In this document: positions 11,563 to 23,307 of the stretch, one piece after another
How positions within the stretch are numbered: the stretch's first letter is position 1
Layout of the letters: each line of letters opens with the position of its first letter
Source of the DNA: Chiloscyllium plagiosum
Taxonomy: Eukaryota
Direction: 5' to 3'
Assembly (NCBI RefSeq): GCF_004010195.1
Contig: NC_057718.1
Coordinates: 60,010,137-60,074,136 of the forward strand
Length of the DNA: 64,000 nucleotides
Position numbers and translations under genes: made by a program
The notes under the pieces: generated by a model
The model's input: the letters and a program-made list of their open reading frames with translations, nothing else
Databases searched by the model: none
What the model was told of the DNA's origin: nothing

Positions 11563-14500
11563 CTTCACTCTTTTTCACTCTAAGACCACTATTGCCTAGT
11601 CTTGCTATTGGCATTTGAGCATGAAGGGAATTCTTCAGAATTCTAACAGGACTCTACTTTGCCAGTACTGTCAGTAACTCAGCTAGTTAATTCATTAAAT
11701 GGTTGATCTACAGACCGGCAAAGTTCCAGATAGCTATCAGTTCTGTTGGCTGTCTTCAACTCAGATGCTTTAGGTATAGGAATTTACCTCATTGCCCTTG
11801 GTAGACAGGAAAAAAAGTCTGAGATTGCCACTCCTGGTTGCTCTCTACTGAACCCTGCTAGCAGCATCTGTGTGAATCCAACACTTAGCTGCAAAAATCT
11901 ATATTGATTGAAAAACTTCCTAAAACTGACACAAGGATAATGCCACTGTTGCAATGGACTGAACATTTCCCAATAATCATGGAACTGTACTCAAATAAAA
12001 AAGAACCATATTGCTTTTAAGAATGTGGAAAGGTGAGTGTCAAAAACTGGAAGTAAGAAAAATTGCTGAGTCATCAGGTTAAAAATTGCTGGAGGCCACT
12101 TGCAGTAATTACAGCCAGTATTCTCATATGATTAGAACATATCAGCTTTAGTGAGTTAAACAAGATGAAGTGGGATGAAGGAAAAACTTGTGGATGCTGG
12201 CAATATTTTCACATGAAGGCTCCAGTCAACTAGTTGGCATTATAAATTTGTTGCACTTATTGTAATTGTGCTGGAAAAGATTTATGAAATATTTCCTTAC
12301 CTGAAAGAATACCGCAGTAGGTACAGGCTTGATGCAGAGTGTGAGAGTGTGCACTTTCAGCTGTCAACATGGTAAAATCTGAACGAAAAAAAATGGAAAT
12401 CATATAATGGATATAGATGAGATATAGTTTAGGTATTTTAGTTTGAAGAACAAGATTTTACGATCAGATATGTCTTAAATAAAATCAATGGTCGTGAGGT
12501 GTGCCTTCTTTTAAATCGTTGATTGCTCACCAGTGTTGATTCCATCAACATTTATTTGATGCCATTTCTGTTTGTGTGAATTTTGGAACACCAGAATCAC
12601 CAGCAGATATCTGAGATCTGATCTAACACTGAATTGAATAATTTGGATCTGCTAATTAATCAGCCACAATTATAAATACATAGTTCATAAAAGATTTTAG
12701 ACTGAAAAAACCTGATGATTAGGAATACATACAATCAGAGAGACATCCTTATTCGCACTCACTGAAAATAAAATATTTAACAAAATTAAGCATATTTAAC
12801 AATGTACATCTGAAGAAAATGTTAAACTATTGTTTAATTTATTTTATTATTCTTTACGCTCAACCATAGGGTATCCACATAAAATGTGTGCTTGATTGCA
12901 TGTAGGTAGGATATGGTTTTAATCATATGCCAGATATATAGCATATATATTCAATAATATCTTTATATCAAACTTGAACTTGTGATCTCCACATATCCCT
13001 TGCTGGCTAAAAAGGGTCAGGCCACCCTTGAACAGTTATTTGCATTGTTACTGCCACTTGTTTTTCCTCTCTGTATTAATTAATCTCTCTGTTTACTTTA
13101 ATGTCAGGGGATTTCCCCATTTGAAATACATATTTTTCTTCATTGTGTCACCTTGCAGTATAATTGTGTCAGTGGGAAAATTTTCAAGTGATTAGAAAGG
13201 AGAATCTCTATAACTGAATGTATGAGATACATACCCTTATTGGATGTGATTGTGATCTTTTAATATGCAGTCATTGACCCAGGGTTGTTATTATCTATTA
13301 TCACATATAATGTAACTCTTTATGATTAAATGATGATGCCCAGCTGAACGCTATGATTGCAAAGGATTAGATTATGTCAGAACGGTAATAAACATAAAAT
13401 GCTGTTAATGTTTGGCTAATGAAATCTGGACATGAACAAGTTTATGAATTGATATAATTCATTCAAGTGTTTTAACTGAGCTGCTGGTTCTAGTAATAAT
13501 TCAAAACCTTAGCAGGGTTCAGTGATTAGGTGGTAGACTAATTTGCTAGAAAAGTCAATGAATTTTCATCGTCCCAGGCTATCATACACAGCATGGCTGA
13601 TTGCATTAGAACTATACAAAGCAGCTCTCATAAATATATTTATTAAGCTTAATATCCTTTGAGATGATAGGACAGATGTTATCACTGCAGCAAATGCACA
13701 ATTAATCCTTTTTCATCTATTGTATGTATAGAAATAAAGATACTATAAAGTTCGCTCTGGGAATTAGCCTCAAAGGTTTTCAAAATCTAAAATAAATCAA
13801 AAGCAGCTAATGGAAAAATACCAACACGGTGGGATAGCCAGAATAAAAGCCTTAAATGCAGAGAAGTTTGGAGTCAAGCTACTTCCTCTCTCTAGAATTA
13901 AATGTGCAGCAATGAATGGGCTTGGCAAAGTCAATTTTAGTTATAGATCATTGAAGGGAACAACTTACGGAGTAAATTATAAAGATTACTTTTTAGGTAC
14001 TGTTATAGTTTGTCAGAATGTTCGTTCAGCAGTCTTGATCACACACTAGATTCTAACCTGCCTTTGTTTCCTCCTTCTCTTTGAAAGGTTTGTTTTAGGA
14101 CAATATCTATTTTTCGCATATTTGTAAATTTACTTTTTGAAGTAGGCTTATTTTGTATGAATAATACAAAAACTTACGGGAAATGTACATTAAAAAAAAG
14201 CATTTTAGCTTGCTGAATATAACCCAATTCCATGTAAAAAGCAAATTATTTGTCCTAGTTATTCCATGCATGTACTAAGTTATGTATGCTTAAATAACGG
14301 TGTTATAAAATCTAAATTATGAAATATTGATATTCTGAAGAACAAATATGAAATGTATTAGATAGCATAAGAATGTTAATACTCAATGATAAATTAATAT
14401 AGACAGTAGTGCAACGTCACTTCATCTTACTTACATCGTCAAGAAACCCTGTGGCCCATTATAAATGATCCCATCTTCAGTGTTAATTACACATATGAAA

Positions 14501-16699
14501 ATCAGATGCACCTTTCTGCAACATGGGACAGATTCTACTTGGAAAGCCCTAAACAACAGCTTGAACCAAAAACAAGAAAAATACCAAGCAACCTGGATAT
14601 CTCTCCTGAAGATCAATACAGCAAGACATGCCCAATACTCCCAGCTCTATACCCTACCTGCCCCAATAAATACCACAGACAAGGAAATTACAAGAATATA
14701 ACTTCAGCCAAACTGCACTTCATGGATAGAAATGCAGATCTGGAACAGTGAATTTCATGCTGCTGGGTGATCACCCACACAAATAATAGCTATTTTCACA
14801 CTGCAACAAATTAGGAAATGTGTAATATTACTTCCCTACTATATACAACTGTTTCAGGAAATTTCTGACAATACATGACAAAAGATCTTTGGTCTAAAAT
14901 GCTAGTCCTATTTTCCTCTTTCCAGGTTTTTTGTCTAACCTGCTGAGTTATCTTTTTTCTAGGATTTTGTATTTTTATTTAAATTTCCCAATAACATCAG
15001 TATTTTACTTTTGTTATTGGATGCAAATTGTGTATGATTTGAACCAGAGGCCTCCCAGTATGTCTAGTCTTAACATCGTAAGTCTTCCTCAGTACCTGCT
15101 AGAGTTTTTAAAAAAAATTTTGATTAGATCATTACACCACTTGATAGCTCCCCAGATCTAGCTGCTATCATTGCTGTTCCAGTTGATATTAAAGAGTTGA
15201 TTTTAGATGTTACTGGTGTTGAGTTGTAATTACTTTGTGACCTTTACTTGCTCCAGGCAATCTGTATTTTCCGATACGTGTATATATGCTCTTAGAAAAC
15301 CAACACTTCAAGTAATTATGCATTAACAATATCCATAACAAAAAAAAATCTTTTAATCACATATATTTAGTGTGGACTTTTATAGGATAAATAACTAAAT
15401 GTCTTTAAGTCACCCAGACTGGTGAAAACATCTGTCAAGCAATGAATGTCCTCAACGTCAGTTTTACAAATCAACTGGTGAATAAAATACAATCTTGCTT
15501 TAAGATATCAGAGTCCACAATGACCAGCTGAAGATTGTCCTGTCAAAGTTAGTTTCATTGAGTGTTGGGAGTGGAGGCCTGAATAAGGCTATACAACTCA
15601 TGCAGCAGCAAGTGGAATATGAAGATCTTTTCTGCAATAAAGCAAAAGTGAAGTTTTACATTTATATTTACATTTTTTTAAGCACATATACTCTTTTGAA
15701 TTTAAAATTATTTCACTGGGAGACAAATGAACTAGGTAGTGAGTAAACAATGAGCCTTGAGTAAAGGCAATAAATAACATGTCCACTCTCATGAAATATT
15801 AGTTCAAAAATCTATTGTATGAATAACTCATTTGTGAAATAATACTGATTATTTACAGATGACAGGCAATATTTTTGAACAGAAAATTCTTGGCCATTTT
15901 GGTGTACTTCTATTATAATTTGACTGTAAATACATTGGAAGTGACAGAAATTAGACTGGGGCTAATTTTTAACACTGCCGCTTTTTTAACACTGTCTTTT
16001 TAAGGAAGCCTTCAGCATGTATCTGGACCTTAAGATGCCCTTTCTTTCTCTTAGATACAAATTAGCAGCTTCCATCACTGAAGTACTGGGGGCAAAGTGG
16101 TGGGTTGGGGATGGAAGAATGGTCATCTGACCTCTAGAGCCCATCTGCCACCCTTAATGAGATGGGGCTCCTAGAAGTGATCATACAATTGTCTGCCTCC
16201 TTGAAAATAATTTGCAGGGTCCCAGAACTGACAATTCCAAGTTCCTGACATGAAATTCAGCTAGGCATCAGATTAGAGCCCTGGAACAGCAATCATACCA
16301 ATTCACTCAATTCACTCAACACAGATGCTGCCTGACCTGATGAGTATTTCCAAAATTTTCGATTTTTAAAATATCATTCCAGTATCATCACCTCCATCAA
16401 GATGCTCTTTAAAACGTACTGCTTCCGATCAGTTACGGTTAGACATGCTTATTTGTCGTAATTGGCTCAACGTTAACTTATCCTATATGTTTTCCTATAT
16501 TATTTGGGGTTTCTAATAGTTTATGAAAGATGTGAGCAGTCCATCTCTGATCAGTGCCTCCCTCAGAAATGTGGAGCCATACTTCCATTTTGATCATTCT
16601 TTCATAGCACAGAACATCCCTACTTCACAGCAGACAGTTGCCATCTTCTGAGGTACTGAGAACCAAATGTTGAGTATGTCAGCTATGTCAGTTGTTAGG

Positions 16700-17242
16700 G
16701 TGCTGTGAGGATTGGGTGCCAAATGAGTAAGGGGGTAAGATGAGGGACTTCAGGAAGGATTCTGTGATGGTGAGTGGAATGTCAGGTCTGGCCTATTCTG
16801 GCCATGTTGTGGCAGGAGACAGGGGCATCTGGTCAGGTCTGGCAGAGGGCAAGTAGGGGAGAGAGTTCAATGGGATGAAGGAATTTGTTGGATCAGTATT
16901 GGTGGGAGGTGTTGTTAGGTCAGGGCTGGTGAGGGAAAGGGTATATCAAGTCCAGAAGGAGTGTCACCTTAAGAGTCTTGGGGAGGGGTGTAGATGGTCT
17001 TGGATGTAATTGGGGGTATGTGAAGCAAATATAGGGTTAATTTAATTGTTATTTTGGAGTTTTATGTAATTTCTTGTGAACCCTCCAATGTCTTTAAATG
17101 GAGAGAGGATACCATGTGTGGAGGAATTACCCAGAGGAACAACCAGTTTCACAGGCAATTCCTTTGCCATGTGATATGATGGGGAATTCACAGTGCAACA
17201 TTCAGATCTGTGCTGGAACAATGGCCATTGGAAAGTCCAGGC
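16700..17242 (+). repeat. Interspersed repeat (G-rich degenerate array plus conserved end), copy 1; possible non-autonomous DNA transposon end
   Basis: Shares ordered motifs TTTAAATGGA, GGCAATTCCT, ATGGGGA.T.CACAG and GGCCAT..GAAA.TCCAGGC with 37690-38276. Confidence 0.6.
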
Positions 17243-17559
17243 TTTATATACAGACAAGTTGTTGTAGGAGCAATGGCATCCATTAGTGCTCTGTCACTAG
17301 GCTAATATTCCATTAACACTACAAATGCGAGCACGGTCCATGTTCAATGGGGCACTGGGTTATAGATTTCCAGCACAGTTTTATTTATTTGTCTTCCTGT
17401 AGACCACATGACCTGGTGCTATATGGTACAATGAACACTGCAACATCTCTTATGAAAGTGCACATTAAGTGTGGGCAGGTTATTATTTAATGCAAAATAT
17501 TACAGATAAGTCTAATCCTGTCCAGGGCTCACGTCCCACCAAGTTTTGCTGCCAGAATA

Positions 17560-17810
17560 AATGTAGAACCATGGAATTTGTTATAGTTCAGAAGAGACCA
17601 CTCAACCCAAATTGCATACTCAAGTTCTGTCAGCATTTTGGCGTAACACTAGTCTCCTACCTTTTCCCCAGAACTCTTCATATTGTTTCCAAGCAAACAT
17701 TTATCTAATGCCCACTTGAATGTTTCAATTGAAACTGCCTCCACTACACTTCCAGGTAAAGCAATCCAGACCCTAATTACTCACTGTGTGAAAACGTTAT
17801 TTCTCACCTT
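17560..17810 (-). mobile_element. CR1 3' fragment
   Basis: Reverse complement of the CR1 3' end (…FTQ*VIRVWIALPGSVVEAVSIETFKWALD-like). Confidence 0.7.
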
Positions 17811-18373
17811 ATGTTTCCCCGAGTTGCTATTTCTAGTTTTCACGAGCCAATTCTGTTATTGCTGCCACCTTGGATCAGGACAACTAGCTCAAGTCAGACC
17901 AGAGACAGGACTTGAAACCTCCTGATCTCTGATCAGCATAATAGTAGCTAGTTTAGGTATATGTTTCCACCCGCATTGCCTTGGCGATGATCTAATGGTG
18001 TGATTCCCTTACCCATCATGAAACTCACCCGATATTTATTTAATTGGAACAGTGAATTCAAAATTGGGCAAATTCAATGAAAGGCAGGTGATTCATTTCT
18101 CCAGATGAATTCCCACAAGTAAAAATGAAGGCTTACTCCATCGTTTTCTGACTGAACCATCAAGAAAAGCTTTCGATATACAATAATGTGACTGAGTTCT
18201 TTCCAGATATGACTGCATATCTTCTGTTATACCCATATCTGATTCAAATTCAGGGGAATTTCTGGCTAATTGTGGCATAGAGCTGTGAGATATTTTTATT
18301 CCCATTTAACTGCATCATTTTTCACTATTCCCAGAATAAAGTCATTATACAACTTGATTAGATCATATTATTG

Positions 18374-18694
18374 GGGCGGCATGGTAGTCCACTGGTTAGC
18401 ACTGTTACCTCGCAGCACCAAGGACCCAAGTTCGATTATCAGCTCAGATGACTGTCAGTGTGGAGTTTGCACATTCTCCTCATTTCTGCTTGGGGGTGCT
18501 CCAGTTTCCTCCCACAATCCAAAGATGTGCAGGTTAGGTGAATTGTCCGTGCTAAATTGCCCATAGTGTTAGGTACATTAGTCAGGTGTAAATGTAAGGT
18601 AGGGGAATGGGTCTGGGTGGGTTACTCTTTGGAGGATTGGTTTGCACTGTTGGGCCATATGGCCTGTTTCCGCAATGTAGGTAATTGAATCTAA
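18374..18694 (+). mobile_element. HE1-type SINE (diverged)
   Basis: GGGCGGCATGGTAG head, TGTGGAGTTTGCACATTCTCC body, GGCCTGTTTCC tail. Confidence 0.9.
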
Positions 18695-18786
18695 ATAGCT
18701 CTACAACTGGATAGATAAATGGGATATTAAAACTTACTGACAAATATAAAGTTTTTGGGCATTATTCAAAAAATATTTTATAAATA

Positions 18787-18944
18787 CAGAGGAACCTCAA
18801 TTATCTGGCATTCAATTATCCAAATATCGGATTATCTGGCAAAATTGCAAGGCCTTGATGATCGGCTAACTCCGTTATCTAGAATTTGACTAACCGAACA
18901 GCATACTGCCCACCTGTGTTGTTCGAATAATCGAGTTTCCTCAG
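18787..18944. mobile_element. Tigger/pogo-type MITE
   Basis: TA followed by CAGAGGAACCTCAATTATCTG at the left end; CGAATAATCGAGTTTCCTCAG at the right end (imperfect terminal inverted repeat); internal TTATC repeats. Confidence 0.8.
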
Positions 18945-19479
18945 AACATAACAGATGGAACTGATGATCAGAAATATATAAAAGATCTATATTACCAATG
19001 TAGTAATGCGATTTCACAGGTGCCCAGAATACTCCTGGACATATTCAGACCAACATCATGCTCAGGAATTCAGGCAAAGTCAAACCCCAATTTAAGCACA
19101 AGCATGGAATTTCAATTTTTCATGAAATTTACAGACATGCAATTGGCCAGTGAGAAAAAGAATGATTGCAATGTAATTATAAAAATTGGCCTGAATTTCA
19201 GGCATACTCAAATGAATATCTGCCACAAACAGCTAGTTTTACAATGAGTTCATTGGTGTAAATACAAATGCGGATTTGAAAGGGTGTGAGACCCAGAAAT
19301 TTAGATGGATGGATACAGTTATGGACATGGCCATTAAATGAATGGAAGGTCTGAAAATCTTTGCAAAAACTCAAAAGGCATCTTAACACTTTAAAAAGCC
19401 TTTTTATGGATGCTGATAGTGATCTCAGAAACAAAGGGCATCTGTAGACACATACTGGAAACCTTTTTGATGGTTTTAA

Positions 19480-20100
19480 AGTGGAGGTGGCATTGGACAC
19501 CAAGATTGATTATAGAGTGACTCTCTTTGGCATTTCATAACCTCATCTTCAAGGAGATTGCAGGACAGTGGCTCCATGTATGTGGACAGCAGATAATACA
19601 GGTCTACATCTACATGGTCCAGACTTTGTGAAGATATCCCTCAAATGTCCCTTGGTAGGTACAATTTGGTAGGACTGAGAATAAATTAGCCACAGTAGTA
19701 ACCCGCTGGAAGCTTCAAGTGACAATGAGAACTGTGTTCACTGGGCAGCAAGGGCTATCAGTTGATGACAAGACTGATGACTCTAGTATGCAAATTATGC
19801 ACACGTGCACAACATGGATATGATGAAAGTCATGCTACCAGACAGAAACTGATGGAAAAAATCAATAACTTCTTGAGATAATTCCTGTACTGTGTAGACT
19901 GCTCTGAAGGGTACCTGATACCCAGCAGCCTGAGTGCCAAGGTCCACAGTGCTTTGTATTTCACATAATTGGCATCATGACTGAATAACTTTTTCTCCAG
20001 GCTTTATTGGCAGTGGCTGAGGAGCTGAAGTAAGAAGAGTGGAAAGAGCATGAGGAAGAGGATGAAGGACAAAAAGAAAGGAATAGGGTAGGGTAGAAGA
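19480..20100 (+). mobile_element. PIF/Harbinger transposase fossil, C-terminal half
   Basis: From 19741: LGSKGYQLMTRLMTLVCKLCTRAQHGYDESHATRQKLMEKINNFLR*FLYCVDCSEGYL, matching the HARBI1-type pattern LGDxGYPLxxWLMTP..YNxSH..R..IE..LK.RF.CLD.SGG.L, followed by an acidic tail. Confidence 0.8.
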
Positions 20101-20169
20101 ACAGAATGGGATAATGTGTGCCTTTGGGTTCCTACCTCCCCAGGAAAATAACGAGAGGCCCCACACTGA

Positions 20170-21288
20170 TATATTTACATGTATTTGGAAAAGCAAGGAC
20201 CGATTAGGGATAGTCAACATGACTTTGTGAATGGAAAATCATGTCTCACAAACTTGATTGAGTTTATTGAAGAAGTAACAAGAGGGTTGATAAGGGCAGA
20301 GTGGTGGATGTGACTGACATGGACTTCAGTAAGGTGTTCAACAAGGTTCCTCATGGTAGACTGGTTGACAAGGTTAGATCACATGTAGAATAGGGAGAAC
20401 TAGCCATTTTTGGACAGCGAAGGAGGTTACTTCAGAGCACAACATGATCTTGGGTCAGATGGGTCAGTGGGCCAAAGAGTGGCAGAGGAGTTTAATTTAC
20501 ATAAATGTGAGGTGCTGCATTTTAGACAGGCAAATCAGGGCAGGACTTATACACTTAATGGCAAGGTCCTAGGGAGTGTTCCTGAACAAAGAGACCTTGG
20601 AGTGCAGGTTCACAGTTCTTTGAGAGTGAAATCTCTGGTAGATAGGATAGTGAAGAAGGCATTTGGTATGCTTTCCTTTATTGGTCAGAACATTGAGTAC
20701 AGGAGTTGGGAGGTCATGTTGGGCTGTACAGGACATTACTGAGGCCACTTTTGGAATATTGTGTGCAGTTCCAGTCTCCCTTCTATCGGAAAGATGTTGT
20801 GAAACTTGAAAGTGTTCAGAAAAGATATACAAGCATGTTGCTAGAATTGGAGGATTTGAGTGATAGGGAGAGGCTGAACAGGCTGGGGCTGTTTTCTCTG
20901 GAGTATTGGAGGCTGAAGGGTGACCTTGTAGAGATTTATAAAATCATGTGGAGCTTGGATAGGGTAAATAGACAACATCTTTTCCCTGGGGTTGGGGGAG
21001 TCCAGAACTCGAGAGCATAGGTTTAGGGTGAGAGGGAAAAGATTTAAAGGGATCTAAGGAGCAACTTTTTCATGCAAAGGGTAGTGCATGTATGGAATGA
21101 GCTGCCAGAGGAAGTGGTGGAGGCTGGTACAATTACAACATTTAAAAAACATCTGGATGGGTAGACGAATAGGAAGGGTTTAGACAGATATGGACCAAGT
21201 GCTGGCAAATGGGACTAGATTCTGGTCGGCATGAACGAGTTGAAGGGTCTGTTTCCATGTTGTGCATCTCTGTGACTCTCTGACTCTA
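20170..21288 (+). mobile_element. CR1/HER1-type LINE, 5'-truncated, with an internal deletion
   Basis: KSCLTNLIEF, DMDFSKVFNKVPH, KCEVLHF, RPLLEYCVQF motifs and a 3' tail ending (TGACTCT)n. Confidence 0.95.
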
Positions 21289-21289
21289 T

Positions 21290-21696
21290 CATCACCCAAT
21301 CTGCCTCTGACCCACATATGGGGACCACTGGCATCTTTCACCCAGGTGACTATACCCTCAACCTTCACACCTGGCTGACAGTTGAAACCAAAGCCCATGC
21401 ACGTAAACATAGTTCCAACTTCTTATAGCAACCCCCACCCCCGACAACTTGGAAGAATGAAAGAAAGGGCAGGAATATGCTAAGGAATCCCAGACAGACT
21501 CCCCTTCATAAAGTCCACTGTCCCCAGAAGAGGAGAATTCCCACAACCGATCTCCAAACCCAATCTATGCTATAACCGTGGCTGAACTAGCCATTCAATT
21601 TGGGACTGTTGGGCATCTAAAGTTCCAACCTGGGCACTGGGAAGTTTGGAGAAAAAGGGTCAACATCCAGGATACCATCCTGGAAGCAACAGCTGA
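21290..21696 (+). pseudogene. gag: Gag C-terminal remnant with nucleocapsid zinc knuckle
   Basis: PNL-C-YN-R-G*TS-H-SIWD-C-WASK has exact CX2CX4HX4C spacing, with the second Cys changed TGT>CGT and a TGA probably from CGA. Confidence 0.75.
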
Positions 21697-21899
21697 AAGG
21701 AAAACAGGCTGTGGATTATACGATGAGGATGACAGGGAAACCCTGTCATGGGTATAGCTTTAAAGGTCCCCAGCTACGAGTGCACAAGCTGCCATCCACA
21801 TCCGGGACACATTTATTCTCTTGCTGCTTTTGTTTTCATTTTAAAAGAAAAGGTGGGGGGAGGCAGGAATGGGTGACAATTGGAATGATTTGATAATTT

Positions 21900-23200
21900 T
21901 AAAATGTTATCTGGAACAAGGTGTCAGATATTAGACCAAGATATTTACAGAAATTACTTGTCTTTTTATTAGAAACTGCACTGGAGCGGCTACTCCAAAA
22001 CAGCGATGCAACTATTACAGAGGGCTTATTGTGTATTAAGTATTATTGTAATGACTGTATCCAAAACATAGCATCGGTGCAAGTGAAAACGATGTACCCA
22101 GGAAACCTATGGTATGACTCACCAGATGCTGTGGTATGTGTCGATGGGACCCTCAAGCAGTTAATAGATGAAAGAAAAGGGAACTGTTTAATGATCTAGC
22201 CACAGCATACAGGGCAGGACTGTCAATGGTCAAAACCCTTTATTTAGCTAATTTGGAAAATAAACTCAGGATATTGACAGAACAAGTCAAATGAGCCCTA
22301 GAAGAACTAAATACAATTGACAAGAGACCACGGGATAACTATAGAGAATCAGGCTAGCTACTGCTTAGTGACCTACTTGATAAAGTAAAAGATAATTAAA
22401 CAGATCATCCAGGGCAAAATCAGGGATGACAGTGAACAGAAAAACTGCATCCTGTGCAGCATCTACAGAAACTGGACGATTAAGCAGCTGAGGGAGGACC
22501 TCAGGTAGTCTAACCAACAGAAAGTCCCATCTTGGATCAGTAATGTGTGCTGTATGACTCTGACTTTATGAACAGCTCGAACATTTGTTCCAGGAGAGAA
22601 CCCACAGTCACATTCTCCAGCTGTCAGTCATGACAACTCACCAAGGTGTGGTATAATGACAACTGCAAGGACTCTCTTGACGAGGTGCTAGGCTTGATGC
22701 TCGGAATTCTAATTATTCCAAGTGACATTGGGTTGAGGACCTTTGAAGTAAAAAATATTGGATTTATTAAAATAGGTATTTGAATGGGCTACTATGAATC
22801 CCACTCCACCCCACCCCCTCCCTCCCTCACATGCTGTGGGGAAGGAGGGGACAATTGACAGGGACAACTTGAACAAACCGATCATATCATCGTGCCCACA
22901 AACTGACAACCATGAATTCGGCTCCTTTCATATCTATCTGAGGACCTAATTGCACTCACCTTGATATACCTCAGGATATGTTGGTTAGGATTGCAGGCTG
23001 GATCAGATACCCCACTCATCATGAATAAAACTGTACATGCGCACAGGGACTTTAGGTGGATGGAATTCCCAAGGTTATCATTATTGTCACTTCTATTTGT
23101 TGTGATTACTGAATGTTGTCTATGTACTACAATCCTGTATGGATTATCGAGACAAGTGTTTCCTTTTTTTTGTACATATGATAAGTTTGACCAATGTACA
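21900..23200 (+). pseudogene. env: Env / class I fusion glycoprotein remnant (frameshifted, internally deleted)
   Basis: NR*KKR|ELFNDLATAYRAGLSMVKTLYLANLENKLRILTEQVK*ALEELNTID; downstream in other frames ILCSIYRNWTIKQLREDLR*SNQQKVPSWISN and VLGLMLGILIIPSDIGLRTFEVKNIGFIK; TM-like RLSLLSLLFVVITECCLCTTILYGL. Confidence 0.65.
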
Positions 23201-23307
23201 TAACGGCTTTCATATGAATACGTAGGCTCCCCTGACAACAAACATAACCAACTTTTGCAATTAGGTTTGAACTTTATTCAAATAAGCTGTTTTCTGTTCA
23301 AAATGGG

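Noticed and set aside
21839..21862. TTTTAAAAGAAAAGGTGGGGGGAG resembles the lentiviral central polypurine tract
   Set aside because: Low-complexity match with no other lentiviral features and no integrase frame around it; treated as coincidence.
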